This document shows positions 1 through 9,077 of a DNA stretch of 32,000 nt, in pieces. This DNA is from Methanococcus maripaludis (GTDB lineage: Archaea > AGJL01 > Methanococci > Methanococcales > Methanococcaceae): assembly GCF_002945325.1 (NCBI RefSeq), contig NZ_CP026606.1:330001-362000 (forward strand). Direction: 5' to 3'. How positions within the stretch are numbered: position 1 is the stretch's first letter; each line of letters begins with the position of its first letter. Below the pieces are notes generated by a model. It did not search any database. It worked only from the letters and a program-made list of their open reading frames with translations, and was not told the DNA's origin. The position numbers were made by a program, and so were the translations under genes.

Positions 1-1949
1 TTGATAGTTTCTATTTCAACGTCTGTAAAATCTTCCACTGGTTCAATATATGGTTCAAGGTATGGATATTCATATTTTGGTAAATTAATCGTTTTTACAG
101 TTTTCCAAGTATTTTCATCAATTACGTGTATTTCATAGTTTGAAAACGTGTAGAGATAGTCTCCAATATACAAAGACCTTAAAACGCTGTAGTCTTTGAA
201 AACGTCATCTTTAACCATTTTAATTCCACTTTCTTTAACTTCGAAAGCGTATGCGTGGCTTCCTGCGGGAAGTACGAGTATTTCTTTTTCAGCATCCCAC
301 AAAAATGCATGGTGTTCGTAAAGGGCAACTGACCAGTACTCGTTTAATGAATATTTTGAAAGTTCTTTTGGATTTTCAAGATCAGTTGCATCGAATAATG
401 AAATTTTTACCATATTTGAATCGTCTTTTCCAATCCCAATTAATTTATTATTTCCAATTGGATGTAAATAAGTAGAATATCCAGGAATTTTCAGTTCCCC
501 TAGTAACTCCGGATTTTTTGGATCGTCTAAATCAATTACAAGTAACGGATCCGTCTCTTTATATGTTACAACATATGCTTTATCCCCCATAAATCTTGCA
601 GAGTATATTCTTTCTCCTTCTTCAAGACCAGTCACTTTTCCAATAACATCCATATTTTCATCGAATACGTAGATGTTATTTGTTTGAATATCTCTAAATC
701 TCCAGTCATTTCCAATTGTTGTTGCAATTCTTAAATTTCCTTCGTATTCGTCCATTGAAAAGCTGTTTAAAATGGTTCCAGGAACTTTTCCACTTGTTAC
801 TTTGAAGTCATCGAGACTTATTTTTGCAATACCTGTTCCTTCAAGTTCTTCCCAGTGTTCTTTCAAATAAATTTCATAATCATTTTCAATTTCATTTTCT
901 AAATTATTTATTTCTTCTGAGGATAGTGTTTTTATGTAATCTTCGAGAATTTCAGTCATCTGTACGTATTTTGCACTGTCTCCAAAATCAGTATTTGAAA
1001 ATACTCGATCAAGTTTGTCTGTAACTTCTTTTGGGAAATATTTATCAGCATTTTCCGCCACAAACTTCATCATCAGTTTATCTTCATCGTAATCCAGTTC
1101 ATAAGCAAAATAAATATTTTCTTCTGAAACATATATTGTATTACTGTATGAACCAACCAGTGCAGCCGTATTTTCAATTTCTCCGCTTTCAACGTTTATT
1201 GATGAAATAATATACGTTGTTTCAAAGTTTTGGCGAATAATTTCGGGAATTACTGGAAGATAAATATCATCGTATCCTATTTTAACGTTATTCCAGATTA
1301 TTGGCCCGGTTATTCCATATTCCTGAATTATTATGTATAATTCACCATCAATTAATCTTGAATCAACATATGACCCGTTTAAATCTTTTGCCCAGACCAA
1401 TTCAGGCGTTTTTGGATTTGAAATATTGTAATTTTTAATTCCATCATAAGTAATTACGACTAAATTATCCCCTTCAAGGTAAAGATTGCCACCATCAGTG
1501 ATATTTCCAATTACCTGAGCAGTTTCAGGAGGTAATGCATCAATTACGTAAGTACTCTGCCCACCATAATAATTAACCCATGCTGGACTTTGCGTCGTGT
1601 AAAATATATATTTTCCATTTGTTTTTACAATATCAGCTTCATCAACGCCCACTACCTGAACATTTGTCTCGGAATACCTCGCATCGGAATACCCAGAATC
1701 CCTTAAACTGTCTTCATTGGCAGTCGCATAAGTTATATCCTCTTTTACTGCAATATTACTGCTACCATAATAATAGCCTGAATCAGATGCCAGTTTTAAA
1801 AAATTATTAAAATTTCCCTCTGAATCTGCGGGAACCATATCAAAGTCTCCAGTATAACTTATTCCAGAATCGTTTTCCGGGTTATAAGTTAAAAAAACTG
1901 CAGAAGTTACTAAAATTAGCCCTAAAATAATAATTATATTGCGATTCAT
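1..1949 (-). CDS. Secreted/membrane-anchored beta-propeller domain protein (PF09826-like), truncated by the window edge (C-terminus beyond position 1)
   Basis: Open minus-strand frame running off the left edge and absent from the supplied track. ATG at 1949-1947 is preceded by GGTGAT. Hand translation starts MNRNIIIILGLILVTSAVFLTYNPENDSG... (signal/TM segment) and contains NVQVVGVDEADIVKTNGKYIFY, ITYDGIKNYNISNPKTPELVW and KAYVVTYKETDPLLVIDLDDPKNPELLGELKIPGYSTYLHPIGNNKLIGIG, typical of this family. Confidence 0.85.
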   Translation of the reverse strand, partial: MNRNIIIILGLILVTSAVFLTYNPENDSGISYTGDFDMVPADSEGNFNNFLKLASDSGYYYGSSNIAVKEDITYATANEDSLRDSGYSDARYSETNVQVVGVDEADIVKTNGKYIFYTTQSPAWVNYYGGQSTYVIDALPPETAQVIGNITDGGNLYLEGDNLVVITYDGIKNYNISNPKTPELVWAKDLNGSYVDSRLIDGELYIIIQEYGITGPIIWNNVKIGYDDIYLPVIPEIIRQNFETTYIISSINVESGEIENTAALVGSYSNTIYVSEENIYFAYELDYDEDKLMMKFVAENADKYFPKEVTDKLDRVFSNTDFGDSAKYVQMTEILEDYIKTLSSEEINNLENEIENDYEIYLKEHWEELEGTGIAKISLDDFKVTSGKVPGTILNSFSMDEYEGNLRIATTIGNDWRFRDIQTNNIYVFDENMDVIGKVTGLEEGERIYSARFMGDKAYVVTYKETDPLLVIDLDDPKNPELLGELKIPGYSTYLHPIGNNKLIGIGKDDSNMVKISLFDATDLENPKELSKYSLNEYWSVALYEHHAFLWDAEKEILVLPAGSHAYAFEVKESGIKMVKDDVFKDYSVLRSLYIGDYLYTFSNYEIHVIDENTWKTVKTINLPKYEYPYLEPYIEPVEDFTDVEIETI

Positions 1950-2012
1950 AAAATCACCATTTATATTAATAATAAACAATGTGTATTAACACTTAAAAAT
2001 AGTTTTTAAATC

Positions 2013-2030
2013 GTTCGGTGAGTTCCGAAC
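2013..2030. promoter_or_regulatory. Perfect 6-bp-arm inverted repeat GTTCGG-TGAGTT-CCGAAC upstream of the beta-propeller gene
   Basis: Seen directly; flanked by near-identical AGTTTTTAAAT (2001-2011) and AGTTTTTAATT (2031-2041). Confidence 0.45.
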
Positions 2031-2058
2031 AGTTTTTAATTGAAAATAAAAAAAATGA

Positions 2059-2604
2059 TTAATTTGATCTGTATGTTATTTTCGAAATTACGTGATATGC
2101 GATGAGTAAACTTATTAATATCAATCCTGTACCGATTAAAAGATTTAAATCAGAATTAACGACATTTACAGATTCTGAAATCCTGCAAGCCGTTACTTCA
2201 AATTCAGCACTTTTTAGAGCATCGTTTGTAGCCTGAAAAGTTGAATCCATTAACTGCATTTTGCTTCCAAGTTTAAGAAACAATATACTGTATAAACCGC
2301 TTAAAAATACGATTACAGACATCGGGAACAATATAATCATTTTTTCAAGATCATTCATAATTAAATACTGTCCTTTTTCCGTTAATCCATAGTATACCCA
2401 TTTTCGACCATCTTCATTCTTTTTTACAAGCTCTCCATCAACCAGTATCGATAAATGTTCATGTACAGTTGATTTGGATAGTTTCAGACTTTTTGAAAGT
2501 TCTGTTACTGTGTAATTTTTATTTCCGAGTGCTTTTAAAATGGATATTCTTGAACGCGAAGATAGTGCTTTTAAAAATTTTTTATTAACTTCAAGACCTG
2601 TCAT
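2059..2604 (-). CDS. ArsR-like winged-helix transcriptional regulator with C-terminal transmembrane helices
   Basis: SSRSRISILKALGNKNYTVTELSKSLKLSKSTVHEHLSILVDGELVKKNEDGRKWVYYGLTEKG is a wHTH; C-terminal hydrophobic segments MIILFPMSVIVFLSGLYSILFL and LLIGTGLILISLLIAYHVI. The tracked start at 2610 is TTG; the internal ATG at 2604 looks more likely. Confidence 0.8.
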   Translation of the reverse strand: MTGLEVNKKFLKALSSRSRISILKALGNKNYTVTELSKSLKLSKSTVHEHLSILVDGELVKKNEDGRKWVYYGLTEKGQYLIMNDLEKMIILFPMSVIVFLSGLYSILFLKLGSKMQLMDSTFQATNDALKSAEFEVTACRISESVNVVNSDLNLLIGTGLILISLLIAYHVISKITYRSN

Positions 2605-2643
2605 ACTCAACCACTTAATAAAATTTAAGAAAAAAATAATTTA

Positions 2644-3879
2644 TTATTCTTCTTCAGAGTCTTTCCTCTTCTTCCATCTTCTATATAAAATGTACGCTAC
2701 AACTGCTAAAACGATAATTAGTCCAATAAATGTATAGTTAGTTCCTTCCTGTTTTACCTGGCTGTTAGCGGGATCCAGTTCAAATTCCTGTGTAATGGTG
2801 AATTCTTCGTGGTATTCATTAAAGTATGTCAGTGTTGCAGTGATATTTGTTTTTGAATCTCCAAAAACTTCTAATTCGTATATTCCAGAATCTGAATCAT
2901 CTTCTTCCAAATCTCCGATATATCGAATATAGTTATCGTTTAATTCAACTGCACCATCAATTTCAAGTACGCAGTGCTTTAATTTTGAAGTTCCCCTGTT
3001 TGCAAGCGCAATTGTTACTTCCTGACCTCCAGAAATTGCTTTCACACCATCAAGATATAAAAACGGCTGGTTATCAAAAATTGTACTTTTTACTTTCAGA
3101 TTTATCGGAATTGATGAAGTATATTCTGCACCATCTTCCCCAATCCATTCAATATTTGCATTTATTGAATAAATCCCATCTTCAGTCGTTGGAATTGCGT
3201 ATGCATCAACTGTTATCAATTTCTGGGTTTGAGGGGATAGTGATTCCAAATAAAACGTCGTTGGTCCAACAATGTTTAAATCACTTGTTCCAGCTAAATT
3301 TAGCGTTAAATATTTTGCAGTTCCAGTTCCCTGGTTTTTAATATATACTTCAAGCTCTTCAGATTCTGAAGGGTTTATGGGGTTGTTATCGTCTAAATTA
3401 ATTTCAAATTTAGCAATACCATATATTGGAACGTAATATATTTTTGTTAATGTTTTTTCTCGTTCATTTGGTTCGTCTCCTAATTCATATTCTGTTGCAG
3501 TTACAGTAACATCAATTCTATACTCGTCAGAAGGTGCATTCTCGCTTACATGTATTTTAAAGTATGCCGTATCACTTTCGCCCTCGTTAAGATGTGAAAT
3601 TTCAGCTACACCTGTTTCAGGGTTTACTTGCTTTATTTCAAACGGATAATGTGGGCTTATCTCTACTTTTATATCCTTTAACTGCTTATCGTAGTTGTCG
3701 TTAACCACTTTTATCCAGATGTTTACATCGTCTCCAGGATGTATAACGTTTGGATTTGTTTCACCAAATTCAGAATTATCTACAACATACTGAGGATCAT
3801 CCACAGATAATGCATAAGAACTTGTTAATAATGCAAATACAAGTAATAATAGTCCAGACTTAGCCAAAAGTCTCATCAT
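2644..3879 (-). CDS. COG1361-type S-layer/Ig-like domain protein with signal peptide and C-terminal membrane anchor
   Basis: N-terminal signal LLLLVFALLTSSYALS, repeated NPxNPxxxxELEVYIKNQGTGTAKYLTLNL-type domains, C-terminal TM FIGLIIVLAVVAYILYRRWKKRKDSEEE. Confidence 0.75.
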   Translation of the reverse strand: MMRLLAKSGLLLLVFALLTSSYALSVDDPQYVVDNSEFGETNPNVIHPGDDVNIWIKVVNDNYDKQLKDIKVEISPHYPFEIKQVNPETGVAEISHLNEGESDTAYFKIHVSENAPSDEYRIDVTVTATEYELGDEPNEREKTLTKIYYVPIYGIAKFEINLDDNNPINPSESEELEVYIKNQGTGTAKYLTLNLAGTSDLNIVGPTTFYLESLSPQTQKLITVDAYAIPTTEDGIYSINANIEWIGEDGAEYTSSIPINLKVKSTIFDNQPFLYLDGVKAISGGQEVTIALANRGTSKLKHCVLEIDGAVELNDNYIRYIGDLEEDDSDSGIYELEVFGDSKTNITATLTYFNEYHEEFTITQEFELDPANSQVKQEGTNYTFIGLIIVLAVVAYILYRRWKKRKDSEEE

Positions 3880-4091
3880 ATCACTCTTTTTAATTTTTAA
3901 GGTTGGATGTTATTTAACAAAATCATATATTAACTAACAATTACATTATCCCACCAACCATCTCAATTTTTTTATTTTGTATTTTTAGTTTTAAAGAATT
4001 ATTCCAGTATTTTCTAAATCTTATCCTTTGGTTTATTCATCTTGAAAGTACTGAAAATTCCATATCTGCATAAAATTTTACCATTCAGCAC

Positions 4092-4817
4092 TTAAGCCTC
4101 TTTTTTAACAACTTCGGTTTCAACAACCTCTCCATCCTTAACCTTATCGATTTCGAGAATTTCACCATCTTTCATCCGAATAACCTTTGTAGCGTATTTT
4201 ATCATGTAGTTATCGTGAGTAACCATTACAATCGTCATTCCTTCGTGGTGTAAGTTCTCAAGTATCTCCATTACCTGTTTACCACTTTTACTGTCAAGAT
4301 TTCCCGTAGGCTCATCTGCAAACAGTAGTTTTGGATTATTTGAAAGGGATCTTGCAATTGCAACCCTTTGCTGCTGTCCGCCTGAAAGTTGTGAGGGTTT
4401 ATAATTTTCTCTTTCACTAAGACCTACGATATTCAATAATTCTTTAGCTCGTTTTTGTCTGAACGTTTCTTCTTTTCCATCCAGTGTCATAGGGAGTTCA
4501 ACATTTCCTAAAGCAGTTAATGTCCCGATTAAATGGAATTGCTGGAATATAAATCCACTAATCTTTCTTCTAAATACTGCACGTTCATTTTCGTTCATTT
4601 TCGTGGTTTTTTTACCTTTTATGTAAACATCGCCTTTTGAAGGGACATCTAAAAGACCCAAAACATTCATTAATGTGGATTTTCCACAGCCACTCGGGCC
4701 CATTATCATTACAAATTCCCCTTCTTCAATTTTTAAATTAACCCCTTTCAAAACGTTGGATTTAGCTTCACCAACCCCATAAGTCTTGATTACATTTTTT
4801 GTTTCTATTAATATCAT
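4092..4817 (-). CDS. ABC transporter ATP-binding protein, LolD/MacB type
   Basis: Walker A GPSGCGKST, signature LSGGQQQRVAIARSL, Walker B LLFADEPTGNLD; adjacent to permease. Confidence 0.93.
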   Translation of the reverse strand: MILIETKNVIKTYGVGEAKSNVLKGVNLKIEEGEFVMIMGPSGCGKSTLMNVLGLLDVPSKGDVYIKGKKTTKMNENERAVFRRKISGFIFQQFHLIGTLTALGNVELPMTLDGKEETFRQKRAKELLNIVGLSERENYKPSQLSGGQQQRVAIARSLSNNPKLLFADEPTGNLDSKSGKQVMEILENLHHEGMTIVMVTHDNYMIKYATKVIRMKDGEILEIDKVKDGEVVETEVVKKEA

Positions 4818-4819
4818 AA

Positions 4820-6013
4820 TTATTCCCCTCTCAAAGTATCAACAGGGTTTAATTTTGCACCGCTTCTTGCAGGGAAATAACCGCTTAATATTCCAACTAC
4901 AAATGAAAATACTAAAACTCCTACAATTAATTCCCAGGAAATCCATGCTCTAATCAATCCATATCCCGAAATTGCTGCGATATACTCGATAGCTTTTGCA
5001 ATTAATATTCCAAGTATCGTTCCAATAATTCCGCCGAATAATCCTAAAAATCCAGCTTCAACTACAAATATTGAGAGGATTGTATTGTTTTCTGCACCGA
5101 GTGCTTTTAAAATTCCAATATCTTTTCTCCTTTCTAAAATACTCATGTGCATTGTGTTTGAAATTCCAACTGCTCCAACAAGAAGAGAAATTCCTGCAAC
5201 ACCAACTAAAAATATTGTTAAAACACTGAAAATACTGCTAATTGATTCAGCAAGCTGTTCTGCAGTTAAAACTGAGAAGTTTTCGTCCCCTCTTGAATCT
5301 TCAAGTTCGTCTTCAATATCTTCTGAAACTTTGGTTACATCTTCTCCGTCTTTTATTTTAACCATAAACATGTTGTACTCATCATCCACATCAAAAACCT
5401 CTGATGCAGCTTCATAAGGTATTACAATAGAATTATCGTCGTCAGGGTTTCCAATCTGTTCTAAAATACCCACAACTTTGTACTTTTTATCATTGATTTC
5501 AATTTTATCCCCAATATCTATTTCTCTATCGAATGTATCGTGTGCAAGGCTGTAACCAATAACACAGGTGTATTTATCGCTGTCTTTCATCCACCTACCT
5601 TTTTCAAGCTCATAACCATAAGCTTCTGTAAAAAATATCTGGTAGGTTGAAGATTTCGTTGCAAAAACACTCGAATAATACTCCTGATCGTGATAAGTTA
5701 CCTGTGTTCCACCAAACCACCCATACAATACAACATCAACACCCCTAACGCCTTCTACTGCCTTTAAATCTTGATCATTAAAATTTTTAGACATTGCAAT
5801 ACTTGTGATCTGCTGTGAGGGGTATACGGTAATAACACTGGCCCCTGCTTTGGATATTTCTTCAGTAATATAATTCTGAACACCATACCCAAGAGAGATC
5901 AGACTAACTATTGCTAAAATGCCTATAACAATACCAATTATTGTTAAAAGACTCTGTGTCTTTTTTTGAGTTATGTTTCTTCCCGCAAAAGAAACAACGT
6001 CTTTTGGTTTCAT
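4820..6013 (-). CDS. ABC transporter permease, MacB/FtsX type
   Basis: N-terminal TM IVIGILAIVSLISLGYGV, large extracellular MacB-PCD-like domain, C-terminal SLLVGAVGISNTMHMSILERRKDIGILKALGA. Confidence 0.92.
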   Translation of the reverse strand: MKPKDVVSFAGRNITQKKTQSLLTIIGIVIGILAIVSLISLGYGVQNYITEEISKAGASVITVYPSQQITSIAMSKNFNDQDLKAVEGVRGVDVVLYGWFGGTQVTYHDQEYYSSVFATKSSTYQIFFTEAYGYELEKGRWMKDSDKYTCVIGYSLAHDTFDREIDIGDKIEINDKKYKVVGILEQIGNPDDDNSIVIPYEAASEVFDVDDEYNMFMVKIKDGEDVTKVSEDIEDELEDSRGDENFSVLTAEQLAESISSIFSVLTIFLVGVAGISLLVGAVGISNTMHMSILERRKDIGILKALGAENNTILSIFVVEAGFLGLFGGIIGTILGILIAKAIEYIAAISGYGLIRAWISWELIVGVLVFSFVVGILSGYFPARSGAKLNPVDTLRGE

Positions 6014-6167
6014 TGATTTTCACCGGGTTTACCGATTGAAATTTGATAATTTAAATAAGTTCACTTAAACGAAAGAGTTTAATCATTATAAAATAGGTAA
6101 TCTTGAGTTTATATTAGTTCTGACTTAAATTTAAAAATAAAAGACCTTAAAAAATTAAAAAAAAGGA

Positions 6168-6770
6168 TTAATATTCTTCGCACTGCTTTTCAAAGTATGC
6201 TGTTGGGTGCCCACATGAAGGACATTCAACTGGCGCATCTTTTCCTTTTACAAGGTATCCGCATTTTCTGCAGGTCCAGTATATTTCTTCACCTTTTTTA
6301 AACATTGAACCATTTTCAAGCTGTGCAATTAATTTTTGGTACCTTTGTTCGTGGTGCTTTTCAGCTTCTGCAATTGCAAGTAATCTGTCTGAAATTTCAG
6401 CTAATCCTTCTTCTTTTGCAATTTTTGCAAATTCTGGATACATTTCAGTGTGTTCGTAATTTTCACCAGATGCTGCAGCTTTTAAATTTTCTACAGTAGT
6501 TTTGTATGCTGTAGGAACTGCTGCTCCATCAATAAGAATTTCAGCAGGTTCATTATCTTTTTTAAGCGAATTTATTAATTTAAATAACCATTTCGCATGC
6601 TCTCGCTCTTGTTCCGCAGTCATGGTAAATATTTCTGCTATTTTTTCGTAGCCTTCTTTTTGAGCAATTTTTGCGTATATTGTATACCTATTTCTAGCCT
6701 GACTTTCCCCAATAAATGCTTTTGAAAGATTTTCCATTGTTTTTTGCAAAACATTCACCTCTTTTGCCAT
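6168..6770 (-). CDS. rbr: Rubrerythrin with C-terminal rubredoxin-like domain
   Basis: [37 protein letters not shown], and [23 protein letters not shown]. Confidence 0.95.
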   Translation of the reverse strand: MAKEVNVLQKTMENLSKAFIGESQARNRYTIYAKIAQKEGYEKIAEIFTMTAEQEREHAKWLFKLINSLKKDNEPAEILIDGAAVPTAYKTTVENLKAAASGENYEHTEMYPEFAKIAKEEGLAEISDRLLAIAEAEKHHEQRYQKLIAQLENGSMFKKGEEIYWTCRKCGYLVKGKDAPVECPSCGHPTAYFEKQCEEY

Positions 6771-6891
6771 ATATCAGATTATGGTATTCATTTTATATAT
6801 TATTTGTACTTTTAAACAGGTTATACACTTTCAAGTTAAATGAATAAATCACTGGAATAAAAAAAAATAAAAAAATATGACAAGATAAAAC

Positions 6892-8058
6892 TTAAAAGAG
6901 TGCAAGTATTCCTTTAATAATGCCCGTATTCGCTACTTCGATACTTGAAGCCATTGCAATGTCTTTAAATTTGTCCTTCAAGCACGGTTCTGCAGATACT
7001 GCTTCATTTAGCAGTTTTTGAGTTTCCAAAAGATCAGACGAATCGATATTTCTTGACAGTAAAAACACTGCAGATATTGCTGCAACAGATTTATTATCAT
7101 TCCTAAGCTCTTCTGAAAGTTTTAATAATGCATTTTCCAGATTATCCATGTTGTAGCTATTTTTCGAAAGTTTTCTGCTTAGAGCATCCCCATCAATTAC
7201 TTCTGAAGGATATATCACAACTTTATTATCCTTTTCAAAGTTTTCGAGTCTTCTTTTTGAAGTAACAGAATCCGAATCAATTACCTCAATTTTTGAAATT
7301 TTAGGCAATTCTTCCTTTTTAATAACTTCTTTTTCATCAGTTTCAGTTTTTTCAGGAACCGATTCAATCTTACTCATCAATTTTTTGAGCCTTATATCAA
7401 TTCCCTTCACAAAATGCAGAAATATACTTTGATTAAATTTATTAATCGTTTTTTCAGTTTTTCCTGAAATTTTGTAGGCTGATTTGACAAATTCCGAAAT
7501 TTTAATCTTTCCAGAATTAATTTCGTTTAAAAATTTGTAAATTATTGAAATTTTCTCATCTTCGTCTAATGGAAGAGTATGTGCGTGCATTTTCGAATTT
7601 AAAAAATTATCATACCATTTTTCAAAATCTCGTTCTATTAAGTTGAATTTAAATATTACAAACTCTAAAACTTCATTATTTTTACAATAATTTAAAAATG
7701 CAGCCAGTGATTTTGTATATGTATCATAAGATGCGTTCGTTACTTCTTCAGCATAAATTTTAAATGTTTTATATGCTTTTTCAATTTCTTCTCTCGTAAA
7801 TTTAGGATTTTCGAACGTATCCATTCCTTTTTCGGATAACTTTATAGAATAACCGGTTAATCCAGGATTATTTCCCATATCTATAAATCCCTTTTGTTTT
7901 AAGGTATCAATGTTTCGATAAAGATCTGCCCGATCTAACGATAATTCTTCTTTAAATATTTCACACGACAAAAAAGCGTCATCATCCCTGCTGTTTATCT
8001 TATAAAGATGTTTTAAAATGTTTTGTTGAATATCTTCATCACTGATATTTCCGGCCAT
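6892..8058 (-). CDS. Uncharacterized protein with N-terminal winged-helix-like segment and helical remainder
   Basis: Long ORF (track 6892..8073); the internal ATG at 8058 follows AAGGTG. N-terminus resembles a wHTH (IQQNILKHLYKINSRDDDAFLSCEIFKEELSLDRADLYRNIDTLKQKGFI). No family recognised for the rest. Confidence 0.7.
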   Translation of the reverse strand: MAGNISDEDIQQNILKHLYKINSRDDDAFLSCEIFKEELSLDRADLYRNIDTLKQKGFIDMGNNPGLTGYSIKLSEKGMDTFENPKFTREEIEKAYKTFKIYAEEVTNASYDTYTKSLAAFLNYCKNNEVLEFVIFKFNLIERDFEKWYDNFLNSKMHAHTLPLDEDEKISIIYKFLNEINSGKIKISEFVKSAYKISGKTEKTINKFNQSIFLHFVKGIDIRLKKLMSKIESVPEKTETDEKEVIKKEELPKISKIEVIDSDSVTSKRRLENFEKDNKVVIYPSEVIDGDALSRKLSKNSYNMDNLENALLKLSEELRNDNKSVAAISAVFLLSRNIDSSDLLETQKLLNEAVSAEPCLKDKFKDIAMASSIEVANTGIIKGILALF

Positions 8059-8239
8059 AAGCTGCACCTTCAATTAATATTAACACTAAACTAAAATAAA
8101 ATCAGAACAATTAACTATTGCAAATATAGTGGTAAAAAATATTTAACCGTTATGATTTAGTTTTTTTAGAAATTTAATGTCAAAAAAGTTTAAATTATGG
8201 ATAATATTTAAAAAAAAGTTTAACATTTGATTATAATTA

Positions 8240-8645
8240 TTACTTTAAATTTATTTTGTAGCCGTGAGGACACTTTTCAGGACGATCTATAAATTCATAT
8301 AACTTTTCGATCGTTTTGTCAGATACAGCATGCTCTATTTTACATGCCTCTTCTTGTGCAAACTCAAGATCAAGACCTAAAATTTCAGTTAAAAAAATAT
8401 TCAATAATCCTGTGTTTTCGAATCGTTTCTTTTGCAATTTTTTCGCCAGAACTTTTAAGATTTATTCCAATATACGGCTGATAATCTATCAATCCGTCAC
8501 CGTGCAGTTTTTTTGCCATACTGGTTACTGCTGCGGGCTGAACCTTCATTAATTTTGCAAGTTCGGTTGTTTTTACCGGCCTTTTATTTTCTTTAATAAA
8601 TAAAAATATGTTTTCGAGATAGTCCTCAATATTTTGTGATACCAT
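8240..8645 (-). pseudogene. DtxR-family metal-dependent transcriptional regulator, interrupted by an apparent single-nucleotide insertion (or +1 frameshift) at a T7 run
   Basis: ORF 8385..8645 gives MVSQNIEDYLENIFLFIKENKRPVKTTELAKLMKVQPAAVTSMAKKLHGDGLIDYQPYIGINLKSSGEKIAKETIRKHRIIEYF then FN-stop. ORF 8240..8437, one base over, supplies LTEILGLDLEFAQEEACKIEHAVSDKTIEKLYEFIDRPEKCPHGYKINLK. Removing one T from GAATATTTTTTTAACTGA restores a full-length DtxR-type N-terminal plus dimerization domain. Confidence 0.85.
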
Positions 8646-8698
8646 GTTATCGCCAAATGAAAAGATATATATAGTTTCAAAAAGTTATAGAATTTAAG

Positions 8699-8721
8699 CT
8701 AAGTTAAATTATTTAATTTAT
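8699..8721. promoter_or_regulatory. Candidate DtxR-family operator 1 between the divergent regulator and feoA
   Basis: CTAAGTTAAA-TTA-TTTAATTTAT imperfect inverted repeat (8/10 arm matches); shares core TTAAATTATTTAA with the second copy at 9022-9044. Confidence 0.45.
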
Positions 8722-8756
8722 CTTAATTAATTTGTATATATAACTTTGGTGGTCAT

Positions 8757-8963
8757 ATGGAAAATCTTTTGCTCAAAGACCCAGGATCATATATGGTAGT
8801 TAAGGTTGAAGGACACTGTAGAAAATTTTATGAACTTGGAATTCTTCCAGGCTGTAAAATAACCCTGATATCACGAACTAACCGAGGCCCTGTACTGATT
8901 AGGGTTGGAAACTCAAAAGTTGCCCTTGGAAGAGGCATGGCAGAATCGATTTTTGTAGAATAA
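8757..8963 (+). CDS. feoA: FeoA family iron transport protein
   Basis: 68-aa SH3-like FeoA sequence: MVVKVEGHCRKFYELGILPGCKITLISRTNRGPVLIRVGNSKVALGRGMAESIFV; upstream of feoB. Confidence 0.9.
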   Translation: MENLLLKDPGSYMVVKVEGHCRKFYELGILPGCKITLISRTNRGPVLIRVGNSKVALGRGMAESIFVE

Positions 8964-9021
8964 TTTAAGAAAATTCTATTCATAAAAATTTATAACATAA
9001 TTTACAAAAAAATATTTAAGT

Positions 9022-9044
9022 CAGCTTAAATTATTTAACCTAAT
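9022..9044. promoter_or_regulatory. Candidate DtxR-family operator 2 between feoA and the small Cys-rich ORF/feoB
   Basis: TCAGCTTAAA-TTA-TTTAACCTAA imperfect inverted repeat (8/10 arm matches). The reverse complement starts TTAGGTTAAA, like the left half of the classical DtxR/IdeR box. Confidence 0.5.
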
Positions 9045-9077
9045 TAAAATTATGTGAAAAACTTTTGTGTGATAAAT

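Noticed and set aside
3999-4053. Near-inverted repeat CAGTATTTTC (4005-4014) ... GAAAGTACTG (4044-4053) downstream of the LolD-like gene
   Set aside because: One mismatch, a 29-nt AT-rich spacer and no T-run next to it; too weak to call as a terminator or operator.
4820-6013. Antisense plus-strand ORF 5085..5417 and many similar tracked ORFs (e.g. 2847..3341, 10331..10786, 21884..22351, 22899..23189, 28926..29273)
   Set aside because: They lie opposite well-supported genes, have Leu/Phe/Ser/Gln-rich low-complexity translations and no recognisable domains; shadow ORFs.
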